Notes under the pieces: model-generated
Databases searched by the model: none
Seen by the model: only the letters and a program-made list of their open reading frames with translations
What the model was told of the DNA's origin: nothing
Program-made: the position numbers and the translations under genes
In this document: positions 39,482 to 52,738 of the stretch, in pieces
Position numbering within the stretch: position 1 is the first letter of the stretch
Layout of the letters: each line of letters opens with the position of its first letter
Assembly: GCA_964035545.1 (NCBI GenBank)
Contig: OZ037769.1
Coordinates: 12,678,633 to 12,742,632, forward strand
Length of the DNA: 64,000 nt
DNA from: Bugula neritina
Lineage: Eukaryota > Animalia > Bryozoa
Reading direction: 5' to 3'

Positions 39482-42400
39482 ATATTATATATATATATAT
39501 ATATATAAAATAGCATTTTTAAAATAATAAAAAATAAATATATTGTAGAAAAGGAAACTACTTCATCTATATCTGGATATCTAAAGTTTATATCGCCTTC
39601 CATTATTGCCGCCTTAGCATATTAGCATTTTAGTGCCATCACGTTATTTTCGAAATACGCCTTTCGCTGAAAATCCAGCACCCAATGCTGGTACTGGTAA
39701 GCATGGTTAGGAGTTGACAGTTGACACATTGGAGGAAGCAACATTTGAAAATAAAACTCGTTCAGCAGAGTAATTTTACTCTAACCTTGAGCCTACGGCT
39801 ACTGCATGGAGTTTCAAGTTGTGAAAAAGTTACTATTTTGTATGAACAGTGGTACAAGTATAACAACAGAGATATGTTGTTCATGTCACAGAGGAAGTGG
39901 CTAACTGCTGACTCAGCAACAGAAAACATATTGCTGCCACTCATACTGCATAATCAAAATCAGCAATCTATTAGTTTATGAGATGTTAAGTGACTGTTAA
40001 TTGCAAATGAATTTGCCGTAATTTCCAAATAATTAGTTTGAGGTCAACTGTCTCCAAATGTTGTCAGTATGCCACTGGTCTGTTATCTAAAGATCTTAGA
40101 TGTTTTTTATGACACTGACATAACATGTGAATGCTGCTCTGTCAGCATGTGTATCTAATATTTATTATTATAGAACATCATGGGGCCAGTAGAAGGATTC
40201 TTTCATATTACTGTGTGGGCCATTTATGCAGCCTGCCAACGTTTTCAGTGACTCATGGCAGGTTCATTGCAAATAATTTAGAAATAGAATTATGGTGAGA
40301 TGTAACAGAAGTAAAGGAATGTTTCTGCTTTTTTCTCAAAATCACAGGCATAAAGACATAAAACATTTGAAAACATGTCTTCCAACAATTAATTCTTTGT
40401 TCTAAATGCTAATTAGTTACATTCACTGCACACATTATCTTACAATGCTAACTGTAGTATGGTTATATTCAACTAGCATAGAATCCAATTCAATATTGTT
40501 GCAAGTTTTTCCATCACATATAATCTTAAAGGTAGGGAAAGCTTGTGCTCATCAAAAACAAAGCATAAAATTGAAGTTGAGTCTAGTATAAATGATTGAC
40601 TTTGAAGCCATCAAAATAAAGCTATTACTAATCAACAGCATGTAAGGATAAAAAATTTCAATTCTCGGAACACTGCCCACTGCAACTCAACATTTTTGAG
40701 TGCTAATAAGTTTCTGCAAACAGTTTGTAGTAACTATAGTAAAATTTAAAATCTAACGAAAAACCTAACATTATAGTTGTAATCATGTTTCTTTGCACAG
40801 ACTTCTACATTTGAAATTGTTTAGCTTTTTGCATCGAAGAAGAAGTTAGTTTTGTTCTCTAGCATCAAAGTTTTGAACCTAAGGACTGTGATTGAAGGAT
40901 AAAGGAAGACATGGCATGTGGAATCAGCCAATTAGATTAGGCTTCAGTAAAACCAAAACCAAAAGTCCCTAACTACAAAGCTTTATAACTGAAGTGTATT
41001 TGCATTATTATTGTTGTACATCATCAATATTATTATTATCTATTTTGTAACAAGTACATCCATGTTAAACAATACTTTTTCATAAATATTTGTAACCATT
41101 TTTTCCGATAAAAAAATTGCTGGTGAAAACAAGAGCACAAACAAGAATGACATGTTATATTTTATGTGCATTTTTGCCAGATAAACAATGCTGCATTAGG
41201 TTATGTTCAATATTTTGAAAAATAAATGAACGGTTAAATATTTTGAATAAAACTATGGATTTAACAGTCTAAAGCAATGCAAAGATTGCAGGCAACATCT
41301 AAAGCTGTATGAACCTGGATCAAAGAGTTCTTTGTCTATCAAATATCCATCTTTAGCTAGTCTCATGTAAAAAATTTTGACGAGAATCACCATCATGTTT
41401 TTAAAATCATATTTTCTCAAGGAAATATATGTTAACTGTAATGATCAATGAAATGTCTCTTGCAGAGCCACGTACAGTAGTCAAACTCCTCTCTTTACAG
41501 AACAATGTGCACTCAAAAAAGTAAAAGGATTTCCTGCCAAACTATTACAATTACTAGTCATAATATAAACTGTCAATCTTTCATTATGTACCCATTTTAG
41601 CAACCTTTGTTACTCACAGTGTTTATTTATACAAGCAAGTAGAACATTATTGCACAAAAGTTTCAAGTCTGTAATGTCTGTATTTGACCTTAGAAGACTG
41701 TTGAAAATTTTGTTTTTGAGATATTGCTATTTATTTATCCATTCACCACAATGTTTTAGACCCAACCAGATAAGGTTCTGGCTATTACAGTACGTAATTA
41801 CATCACTTTTAGTTATCTACTGCCACAGATCTTTGGTCATGTATTCAATAATTCCAACAGACTTATTTACAAATATACTTATGTACACCATCAGGTCACG
41901 AAGACCTTTCTATCGGCCACAGACTGATCATCTAGAAGAGCTAATGCAGCCTGTACCTCAGTGACCCAAACAGTGATTAAATCAAAACTGACAAGCTTAG
42001 TGCAATGATGATATGAAATACAGGAAACTTGGTATTGTTGAACATCATTGTATGGGCAATCCAGCAACCAATGGAAAAGAACTCACTCAAAGGGAATGGT
42101 AAAACAATTGGCCATGTTTGTTTGAACTTTTGCTTTTCAAAGAACATTTTCTCTTTCATGATTCTAAAACTATTTCGCCCCTTCAATATTTAAAAAAGTA
42201 ACTAACCTTCTGCATACTAATCATGTATCAGAATATAGTATAATTTTTGAACTAGTTGAAAAAAGCATTTCCGATGTTGTATAATGTATAGTAAACTTGG
42301 TCATCGAAATATGAAGTTGTTTCAAAAAGAAAGGATGTAGGTAAATAAGTATATTTACTCATTACAGTTGACTTTCTATGTGTGTGGTTGTGTGTGTTTA

Positions 42401-45400
42401 AAACTGCATACAATCAGAACTAGCTATAATTAGTAACTCAAGAGTTGTATATAGACACAAACACTCACTGTGGACGTTGAGAGAAAACTCAATGTTCCCC
42501 TTGTATTCTATTTGCACTGAGCTATTCGCTGATGCAAACAGCTGCTGGCCAGCAACATCATTGCATATGCATTCAGTTCTTGTGTCATCTAAAACAGAAA
42601 TTTACACTTATAAATAACAAATATTGAAATTGTGCAGCATAAATAAACTGTTGAGGAAATGTTTCTACAAGGTAAAGCAGATTCAGCTTCAAGTTGTGTT
42701 CTTAGCGCAGTTATTTCTCATTTAGCTATGTTTTTATTGGTCCTGGAATATATCTATTCTTATGAATGCCTGTATAAAAATAATGAGTGTTTTAAAAAGA
42801 TACAACTAAAATAACATTTCTCTGAGCTACCTATAGACACATGATATCACTCACTGCCACACATTGCTTGAAAACATCACATATTTGTCAGCGCTAAAGC
42901 ATCTTACACCAAAAACAAAATCGAATAAGGAAAACACAATTTATCTTTTAATATAATATGAAGCAAGTGTTGACAATTCTCATAACGATACGAGTGTGTG
43001 AGTAAAAAAATTGTTTATTTATACTTTAAATAGCATAATATATAGAATGATAACTACACAACCTCAAAATTTATTGAATGCTTTCGCTTACTCTGTTTAT
43101 CAACTTTCTTGTTGAGTACTAAAAGTTGAGGTCTTTGCGTCAGCATGAATATAAACAAACAAATTATTTGTATCAATGTGTGTCCTCAAAGATAAGATTT
43201 TGTTGTAACTAAATTAGACAGTATAGATTTGATTTCCCAACCTTTGATTGATAAATAAATTCCTACTGGGTCTAGCTGCCATAAACAAACAATGTTGGGG
43301 ATTTGTTTTGTTTATATTGCTTCTGCTAATTTTAGAGTTCTACTAATAGCTATATGATAAATTAACTAAATTAAGAATTTATTATTTACATGCCTACCAG
43401 ACTATGACAGCCAGGTTATTATTATACAATAGTAAGAGAGTGGGTAGTTAGTATAATGTATAGTACCTAATGAGGATGGGAGAACTTATACTATTATTCT
43501 ACAGTAGTGAGGGAGAGAGTATAATAGGGCTATTATTCTACAGTAGTGAGGGAGGGAGAAATAAGGCTATGATTCTACAGTAGTGAGGGAGAAATAAGGC
43601 TATTATTCTACAGTAGTGAGGGAGAGAGAAATTAGGCTATTGCAGAGACTAGTCTATATAATACAGCAGTTGAAAAGGGAAATTAGTCAGTCTATTATAC
43701 AGCAGTAAGAGAGGGAGCCATTAGGCTACATAATTATTCAGCAATGAGGGAGGGGTAGGTGCATAAACTGTATTTTTAAGGCTAACTTTAACTCTAGCCC
43801 AATAACTCCAAACCAATAAAAACATGCTAAATAAGCAACATATATACTCTTTGTTCTGAAGGAAGTATAGGAAGAAGAGAGAGAAAGAAGGAAAGTGTTT
43901 TATTCAAGCCAATTCTAATCTTGGAACTGCTATCTTATTACTCTTGTATGTTTTGGTTGCCAACTATTTTGGAGCTTCCTGCGTTACAGTTGCCATTGAA
44001 ACTATAGTTGGAGAAATGATTTTTCCTACTAAAGTGTGAAGTTACACGGCATATAAAATAGTTTAGTACACAAGTCATCATGCGGTTTCTAACACCTTAT
44101 GTAAACCTCAGTTTGATGAAATAAGTCCACTTTTTAAATCCATAGAGCCAACACACTACGTTTTTGAGGTACAAATCGTAACACTAATTAAGAAATTTTT
44201 ACAATATGCTGGGCAAATATAACTAGGACTTATATATCTAGGTGTTTGCTATTTACACAAAGCTGGCTATGGAAGGCAACTTTTAAACACGCCCAACCCA
44301 TAAAATGCTATACCACACTTTTATGAAGCCATCACCAGAGTAATAAGATTTGAAAATAATACCCAATACTTTGTATTTCATACTATTACCAACCTGTGAA
44401 ACTGATAAAATCTCCGGCATTGCATGGATTCCCACATACACCTGGATCAAACAGAATGCCTTTGTTTATGATAATAGCTAGTCCAGGTTCCGCTTCCAAA
44501 GTCATATTGCACTTTCTCAGGCTACCAGACCCGTCTTTAAATGAGAGAACTTGGCTATTATTCTCCTGTATTACATACTTGTTGCAGCCATCTTTGCACA
44601 TGTCAATGTAGGTGGACACAGGGTCAACTGTGCACAGAACATCACCTGTAAATATGAATATACATAAATGGGACTCTTGTCTTTCTAAAAATCTTTGTTA
44701 TCATATTGCTAATATAAAAAAACTATAATTCAACTAATAATGAGTAAATAAAGCTCTCACTTCCGAGCTTGTCACTGCTTTTGAAGCCTAAAAATAATCT
44801 GCTTTAATAAATTGAATTTTCAAGCATACTTGATGATATTATATTAAGCATGAATTCAAAATTAACTCAAAAAGCCTATAAATACTTAGTGTTCTAACAC
44901 ATATTGTATATATACTTGATCTGCAAAGGGGCATATGATGCAACAACTGGAGATGGTAATCTCAACTTTCCTAAAGATTCTTTCTCAATATTCAGACAGA
45001 CATTTGTCTCAGCAGCATGGCAATTAATGTGAATCACAGTTCCCCACCATAAACTGATCTGGGAACATTGCCGACACTATTTCTTATATTTAGTCAGCCA
45101 GGCCCTGTTAATGTCATCTTTGACAGTTTATTACAAAAAACCAATTTGGCAATTTCGTAAAACTAAAAAGCTGTTCAGCAGACTTTTTAAAAGCAGCCAC
45201 CAACCAGTTAACTTATATACCAGTCCTACTACTGGGCTAAACATGTTGACAAAATAATTCATAGCGTAATGAAATCTCATTATATTGATATTCTGCTTCT
45301 AATAAAGTTGGGCAGACATTCAGTGCAGTGAATCTAAACAACAGCTCCTTGTACAATATGTCTGCCAACAGTACAGACAGTATACAACTAACTAAAAGTT

Positions 45401-45750
45401 AAAGCATTCTACCAAAAGTCTAGTGACATTGAATTTCAAAAAGAGATCTATGCACAAACTCAACGCTGGTCTTACTATAAGCAAGTTTGCAACTTTTGCA
45501 AAGTTTGCAACAATATTATAATTATTATAATTAATATATTTGTTCAGAAAATTAAAGCAAACATTTTCACTTTCTGAATAAGTAATATTTTCAAGTTTCA
45601 TTTTGATTATATTTTCCTCCAATGCGCAAAAGGAAAATCAGTAGTTAAATAAAATCTTTTTTCAAAAGGAAAGTTCATTATTGACTTACCCAAGGCTGAT
45701 GTAGATTTTAATGCCAGCAAAATGACAAATACTAAAGAGTAATAAGCCAT
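29454..45750 (-). CDS. Type I membrane protein: signal peptide, degenerate CUB-like domain, six Sushi/CCP modules, TM helix, Tyr-motif cytoplasmic tail
   Basis: Fifteen coding exons in frame: 45750-45690 (MAYYSLVFVILLALKSTSAL), 44787-44761, 44645-44394, 42588-42469, CCP exons 39362-39129, 38444-38241, 37997-37824, 37354-37154, 34819-34634, 32275-32075 (all phase 1-1, C..C..GY/GF..C..W..C pattern, some divergent), TM exon 31921-31819 (YVYIALGVAISLVVLIVLTVGLCF), then 31457-31305, 30673-30575, 30279-30129, 29690-29454. Confidence 0.9.
30811..31029 (+). mobile_element. SINE family B, full-length copy
   Basis: CCGTGGTCTAGGGGTTAGAGCGTTCGCTTAGCAAACACGAAGTCATGGGTTCGAACCTC head, then the same core and tail as the copy at 18153. 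Confidence 0.85.
31120..31227 (-). mobile_element. Partial SINE family B-related copy, inverted relative to 30811-31029
   Basis: GTGACACAGGAGCAACTAT..GATGCTCTTTCT and CTAACCACTAGGCCAC are reverse complements of the core and head. Confidence 0.55.
37625..37712 (-). repeat. Diverged single copy of tRNA-derived family A
   Basis: Reverse complement CAGTGTAATGATTAGCATACCAGTTTGCAAGTTTGAGGTCTGCTGTTCAATTCCTGTTGGAGGCAA aligns to the arms at 2759-2951. Confidence 0.6.
39411..39506. repeat. Interrupted (TA)n microsatellite
   Basis: Direct reading. Confidence 0.9.
43410..43756. repeat. ~36-bp minisatellite
   Basis: Repeated GGCTATTATTCTACAGTAGTGAGGGAGAGAGAAATA units with decayed flanking units. Confidence 0.85.
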
Positions 45751-46730
45751 GTTTCTTAGAGATTTTCCTGCTTCTCCTAATCTGTTTGTAAGTAAACCCT
45801 CCAAGTCAGCAACTAGTTGGTGAAATGAGTCAGAGAAGAGGCAGCATTAGAGTACAGTCAGACAGTCCGGCCCCACTAATGTGAGGAATAAGTGCTGTTA
45901 CAGTCAGCTTTATTCACAAATAATTAAATGTTACTAATTATTAATAGGCTAACTGAAATATAATTGCAATTAGCTAAAGAGCAGTACACACTAAAACACT
46001 ATTAGCCCAAAACCTCCTTCTAGCAATTATTACAAATGACAGTGCAGCCTGTGTGAACGTTTCAGCTACAGACGAAGTACTATGAATGATATTCTGCTGT
46101 TAGAAACCATCAGATGTTGAAATCATTTGTTACGCATTGTATCCTCGAATAATTTCTCTCTAGAGGGTTAAAGGTCACCGTGCAGTGCTCTGTGATAATA
46201 GGTTTTAGGAAATTATACTGGTTGGTGATGGATATAATTATTGCATTAGAGAGCATTGCTACTGTTTATACCCACAGTTTTATATCTCGCGGTGAATATT
46301 GTTCTAACTTCTAAACATCAAACGTTTAGCCTCTACTTTATGGTTTGCCAATAAAAATACATTGTAAGAGAAAACTAATATTTTACACCTGCTATCATAA
46401 ATATTAGCTTTAGCCAGAATTCTAAGCAGTTACAAGAAGCAAAGGTTGAGGCTGGTTAGCAGATGCCCATGTGCTTAAAATTCAAGCCTTAAATAATGAG
46501 AATATAAATATGTAATGCTTCATTATAGCTGACTTTGAAGAAGACAAAGAATCTAACTATTTGATATTATTGGTTAGCTGCAAATTTCACGCCCATGCCA
46601 CACATGTAGAGCACCTACATGTCACCTGCACCTGCAGTTCTATAGTTACATTTATTCAGCCAGCTGTGTGACAGCTCATATCTGTCCTCAGATGGTATAT
46701 GATTTGCTATATGAACTGTTATTAACTTTC

Positions 46731-47034
46731 ACCCCTCATTCACACTTACCGGTGCCGTAGGCGGTAACATAAAATATTAGCCGTTTTTAATGTGTCCGAG
46801 CTGAAGTTTTTAATGTCCGCTATTAGGTACGATCTATGACACTTCATTGAACAATTATATCCAATGAGTTGACGCAAAAATTTTTTCGTCCAATAGGAGC
46901 CCGCAGCAACTTATTTGAATCAAGCAGTGTTTGATTCTACCGTACCGCAACGCAGTACAGGAAGCTCAGACATTTGTAAAAATGGCTGATATCTGCTGTT
47001 ACGGTGTATGATACGGTAAGTGTGAATAGGGGGC
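46731..47034. mobile_element. MITE with ~37-bp imperfect TIRs, PIF/Harbinger-like ends
   Basis: Left end ACCCCTCATTCACACTTACCGGTGCCGTAGGCGGTAACA; reverse complement of right end GCCCCCTATTCACACTTACCGTATCATACACCGTAACA. No coding capacity. Confidence 0.7.
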
Positions 47035-47929
47035 AAATATTAAACAAAGTTCACCGAGCCAGTATTTTATAATTTGTGATACAGGGACAGGCAACTACTA
47101 TGAATTTGATGCTGGTACAAATGCTTGCAATCACTTAGGTCTTATAGCACAACCATCACAAATAAATAACAAATGTTGTCTTCTCTTTGCCCAGAACCTA
47201 CAAATAAAATAAAAAAGTTGTCTCTTCTTTTACTGCTCATAATTCTAAGCTTTGATGTTTATAAAGCAGATATGGAAGTAGTTGTTTCTACTGCTTGCAG
47301 TTATTAACAACAGTTATCACAGCCATCCAGTTTCACTGTTAGTATTTAATATTAGGTTAAAAGATATTTATTGGCACTGACACCATCATAAATGATTTCA
47401 ACATGTTTATTATTAAATATATTAATATAAACCAATAGTCCAATTTTCTATTAATGATAATCGAACTTTATTATGCCACATGATAAAATCAGTTAATCTA
47501 TTGTATTTTTGACACTATCAACTGGCCTGGAAATGGCCATATTATTTTAATTGATAACAATTCATCTGAACACCATAATTTGTTATCTTTTGATTTGAAA
47601 TTTCTGAGCTTCAAATTTTAATATTGTTTTGATACATTATGCCAATGTAGTTGCAGTTTGCATTGTTGTTGCCATGTTTGAAAATTAGCAAGACAAAAGA
47701 CTTGTCTAGCAAATCGCAAACTTTGTATTATAGGTATACATCGTATACACCGTAAATTCTTAAGCATTAATAGCGTAATATTATTCTATTTATAAAGTTG
47801 AAGTCAATTCACATACTATAAGCTACATCTGCATATATACCGGTGAGCTATAAATGTCATCTGTACCATGATGCAGTCACCAAGCAATGAATTGTATACA
47901 TGCAGTATGTAGCTATGAGTTTGCTCAGT

Positions 47930-48026
47930 AGTCCATCTGGTGTAATGGTTTGCAGGCTATTATAGCTTGCAAGCCAGAGGTCTGTGTTTTGAATCCCAGT
48001 GGTGGTAGGGGGATTAGTTTACACAG
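47930..48026 (+). repeat. Diverged single copy of tRNA-derived family A
   Basis: TGGTGTAATGGTTTGCA...GCTTGCAAGCCAGAGGTCTGTGTTTTGAATCCCAGTGG matches the arm at 2871-2951. Confidence 0.65.
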
Positions 48027-48162
48027 CATGTAGCTCAAGACTTTGGAAAATAAATATCATGTTGCTGACCTACATGCATTTATAATTTTTGGTCCCTGTA
48101 GGCAGAAAATATAGCAGTTTGATGTATGCAATAAAATACAAATAATTGAACACCATTGATTA

Positions 48163-48431
48163 TTGCAAAGAGACACGAAAGGTGTAGTATATAGGTGGGA
48201 GGCGTCCTTTCAGCGTTTGCAATGAAATATCACTGCTTCCGTAGTTTCTTTATACTTAGTCAGTTAGACTGAAAGTGAGTATGGGTCGAGGCAGTGATGA
48301 ACCGCTCTGAAGACAGTGTCAGGCGCAGAGTTTGACTGGGGTGGTACATCTGTTAAAAGGTAATGCATTAAGTGTCCCAAGGTGAACTCAGCAAGGACAG
48401 AAGCCTCCTGTAGAGCAAAAGTGCGAAAGCT
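48163..48431 (+). pseudogene. Decayed 28S rRNA fragment
   Basis: Conserved LSU blocks are recognisable: AGAGACACGAAAGGTGTAG..AGGTGGGAG, TGAAATATCACT, GACAGTGTCAGG..GAGTTTGACTGGGGTGGTACATCTGTTAAAAGGTAA, GTGTCCCAAGGTGAACTCAG..GGACAGAAGCCTCC.GTAGAGCAAAAG. The piece is isolated and carries many substitutions. Confidence 0.85.
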
Positions 48432-50125
48432 GATGCAGTATTTTTTGTTAATCTATTTTCAAGACAATCATAAAAGCACAGTTTTTGGCTATACATATTA
48501 AATTGGATTTAATTATAGCTGATTATTAACTTTCTAGCTATCTTATTTTTTATCTTTTAGCTGGCTCCCTCCCAGTATAGCTACAGTGAACTGTCTCTTT
48601 ATAAGCTATTCTAATTCTTTGTTTTAACGTTCAGCCTTATTTCCTTCATATCATCCCCACCTTTAGATATTAGCCTTATAGCTCCTGTATATCTTTCACT
48701 GCTTTCATGGACCTTTTGGTGAGTTGTCCTCTCTCAACTTAATCTACATAAACATTTTTCCCCATAATTCTCACAACATTTTCTCAGCACATGACGATAC
48801 CACTGATCAGTTTAGCCTTCATTTCAATCCTTTCTGCATCTGCGGTTCATAACTGGTGCACTCACTTCTAATCTTGTCCATTCCTATTAGTCTGAGAACT
48901 CATAGCTCCGCCTCCAAAAATTTGCTTCCTGTCTCCCAGATAGCCTCACTGTCTCTAAACTCTACATTGCAGACAGCTTTCTAGCTGCTGTACTGCATAG
49001 CCCAGCCAGCACACTCTTGTCAATGCTTGAGACTTTTTGCTGTCAACTTCAGCTGGCCCAGACCTTTCTTTACCTCCCAACCACAATAGCATCTTTCAAC
49101 CAGATCAGCATATAAACATCAACATTTAATTCAATAAATATTTACTATTGTTGTGGCTATAATGAAAGGTTGCAAGTCTTTGTACAACTTGTAAGTCTAT
49201 GGCATTGCTCCTAGCAGCTGCATGGAGTATCATTTAGTAATGCAATGTTATGTTGTCCTGCAGTAGGATCAATCTTCTTTTCCACATGTACTACACGATA
49301 TTTTATTTAGCACTAGTACATCATGCATATTGTGTCCAATAGTGATGAATTTTGTATAATAAACGGTAACAGCCAGTGGATGATTTGCCTAGGCATGCAC
49401 AGGTAACTCCACCTATTTATATAGCCGGTAATACAAAGAGTTGATGGGCAAAGTGACGTCAATGTAACTTTTGACCTTCACACTGGAGACATCATTATAG
49501 TCAGTAATCTCATGTCTATAAGACTGATAATATGCCATTGTACTGTAGGAGGTGGAGTAGGAGACAACAATTAATCATCTCCTACTGAACATGTTTGATA
49601 AAGCTCAATACTAGTTATAGAAAATCCATTTAAGCCGATGAACAAGATTATCTCATGGAAGATATTTACATTCTATAATCTGAAGTGAAGGATTGTAGCT
49701 TATAGAAAATATTCAAAGTAAGTTAGTAACATGGTCATATATATAAAAATTTCTACTTGCATGTGTGCAAAAATTCATTCACTAGTGCTGAAGTGGTACC
49801 TGCTTTCTACCTTTGTCTCAGTGTCCAGTGTCTCAGGATTTTCGTGCTGTTTAATTCTTCAAATTATAATTTTTTAAATTTACAATTGTTTGAACACCTT
49901 TATTGTTATGCTCAAGCTTGCATAACAAACTGTTTTTTCCAATAAAGTATAGATATAATATATAATGTATGCACTGAAAGTGGTGTGCTAAAACAGCAGC
50001 TTGCTATATATTCACTACCAATGCAGCCATCCTTATAGGCACTGCCTTCCTTCAATAGCAGATGCAATGATATTAAAAAGCTTATAACAAATAATTATAT
50101 ATAAAGCTGATCAACCCCTAAGAAT

Positions 50126-50830
50126 GTCAGCAATCCCTCGTGTGACGAGTATGATGTCTGCTTGCAAGCCCTTATGTTCATTTGTATTTTCTGACCGCAA
50201 AGAGGTGAACCCGCTGGACGCGGTAATAAAGCCAGGTTGAGTTGGGAGCAGACTATGTTTGGGGCACCTTTTTTAGCCCTCTCCTCTGATTGAGGTGAAC
50301 AGAGTGGGTCCTAAAAAGGACTGCTCAGTCATAGAGATCAATACCGAACAACCATACTGCTCCCTGTCCTAAGTTGAGTGACTGATAAATCTCTACCTAC
50401 GTGCTGGTTTGTAACTGGAAACTTCCAGGCTTCACTTCCCTGTTTCCGTCGCTACGCCCCAATCGCCGCAGGGCTTGAGGAGGGTTGCAAGCAAAAGCTG
50501 TGCGTGGTATAGAGCATTGTCGCACGAAACGATACTCTGTAAGCTTGGCTAGGCATGTATGAATCCAGTGGCAAGAGAGCCTCGACGACTGGAAAACATG
50601 CCTAGTTGCAGTGAATGGCCGTTGATTCATGGAATTCATTCGCCCTTTCAGTTTCCTGACGAGTGTTCACAGACCCGTTGCATTTGTATAGGGACCACCT
50701 CCCATAGCCTTTGTGTTTATTTGGAACACATCCCGCAAGGCAGCGGGTGTACACTGGTTTAGTCGCCAGCGGCTCGACCATGAACAGGTGGTACTGGATT
50801 ACATGGTAGTCAGTGTTTGAAAGGAGGACA
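50126..50830 (-). mobile_element. Non-autonomous, internally deleted RTE derivative (5' UTR plus ORF start fused to a 3' tail)
   Basis: GC-rich block of about 700 bp. The minus strand reads as an RTE-like 5' UTR (GACTGAGCAGTCCTTTTTAGGACCCACTCTGTTCACCTC), an ORF start LCGQKIQMNIRA, then an RTE-type terminal hairpin ATCATACTCGTCACACGAGGGATTGC. Confidence 0.6.
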
Positions 50831-51805
50831 ACTTCTCAATTCTATCTAAACTATTGGGCACCTGCATAACAAAGACTGTATTGCAAATTATAATAGCTAT
50901 TAAAGTTTACTAAGCCTGAAATTACACATTAATAACAGCTATTTCTTTAATTTTGCATAGTAGCAAAATTTGCTATTTTATGCTGGTAGTGAAGTATTAG
51001 TACCGCGAAGGTATTGAAAATTCAACTACCTACATTTTAGCAGCTTTAAGCACAGTTAAGAAAAAACTGTAAAAATAAAATATATATTATATATATTATT
51101 TTAAATTTCAACTAGTTTTAAACGAAATTTTGACTATAGGCAAAAAATAACAAAAATGCACTGCTTGTAAGCCAGTTACATTGCTCACACAAACACATGG
51201 GACACCCTGCATGTAAACTTGACAAGTTTTCACATATTATAAACCAAAAAAGCTCCAAATTTGCACTAGTTCAATTTTTGTAGTTATTGGTATTCTATAG
51301 CTACTCATTCATGTCATCATTTCTAGGCTGATTAATGAAGAATTATGGGTCTGCTGTGTTTGGAGTTATGGCATCATAGATTTTATAGTGCTGATGAAAG
51401 CTATGTGATAGAATGCACAAAAGAATACTTAAGGAGTGAACCTGGTAAAGTGGTTTAATATTACAGTAACAGTATAGTAATGTTCTGAAGCATGTATGCA
51501 TAGAACCTGCATAATATATTATATTATATAATACGCACTGTATATATACAATAAGTTGCCTTTAGTCTTGTATATGCAACTTGTATATATAATGCTTATG
51601 ACTCATCACTGACAATAACTTAAATTTTATAGCAGCTGAGCTTACTTTGCAAAGACATTTATTACTTCCATCTTGTTTTTTTATATATGAAGGATTTTCC
51701 GTTTCCTACTTGACTCGTTTCCTTGGCTTAACCAGCTATAAACTTACTAATGTGATGGGACTTTGTTTATTAGAATCTCCCGTTGAGCAGCAAATCATGC
51801 TTACT

Positions 51806-51905
<100 letters not shown>

Positions 51906-52738
51906 TACATAAGTCATCATATGCATGCATGATGTAGAGGAAAACAAAATTAAATCACTTGCATATAATCAGTTGAAGTACGATTTAGAAAAAAATATTT
52001 GCCACTAAAACATTGTATACATATTTGTTGCTACTACTAGTTATATTCAATTATTTTTGCAATAGAAACAATTTTGATACAATATATATTTTTAAAACTT
52101 TACAATTTAGCATTCTAGGTTGGCAAATTGTAATTTAAAGAGATGAGAATTATGTTTAGAAACCGTGCAATGTCTTTATTAATTTTTTTTTCTATAAATA
52201 CATACATTTTTATAGCGATATAATGACATAATACTGCATGGAGTGTTAAATCAAACAGCTCACAATAATAAAAATTGTAGGTATTTGCCTAATGAAATAA
52301 AATTTCTATATCTTATATATTTGTTTATACTAGGGGTGATAAAGAAAAAGTATTATAAGTGAGACATAATATAATGCAGACATTAATAATTTGGCGGAAG
52401 ATTATGCAATACCTATTTTACATAGCTATTTAGGATAATCTCGTCCACTGTAGGAGTCACATTTCCACAAGCCGTCCTCTTATAATCAGATGTGAGTTTT
52501 AATGCTCTGTACATCGCCTGATTGGCTGAATTTCTATTTTGTTCAAACTAAGATTACAAGAATCCTGCTTATTGTGAAGGTTTGGATAATTATTTGTCAC
52601 TTTACCAAAATTCTACAGACTTATGCTCATTATTCAACTCTCTGTAGTACAGATTAAGGAACAATGCTACTAGGGATAAAGAAACCACAAGTTGCCACCA
52701 ATAAAGATTATACTTGATATCATCTCCTGCAGTCTACG

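Noticed and set aside
43410-43756. CRISPR-like array of ~36-bp repeats
   Set aside because: Units are head-to-tail with no unique spacers, inside a eukaryotic intron; it is an ordinary minisatellite.
48163-48431. Functional rRNA gene
   Set aside because: Only about 270 bp, with substitutions and indels in invariant positions and no flanking rDNA.
48560-49100. Pyrimidine-skewed block suggestive of a decayed retroelement
   Set aside because: No recognisable protein motif could be recovered in any frame.
50730-50830. HDV-like ribozyme at the 5' end of the RTE derivative
   Set aside because: Local hairpins exist, but I could not assemble the nested double pseudoknot (P1/P1.1/P2/P3) by eye; left as an untested possibility.
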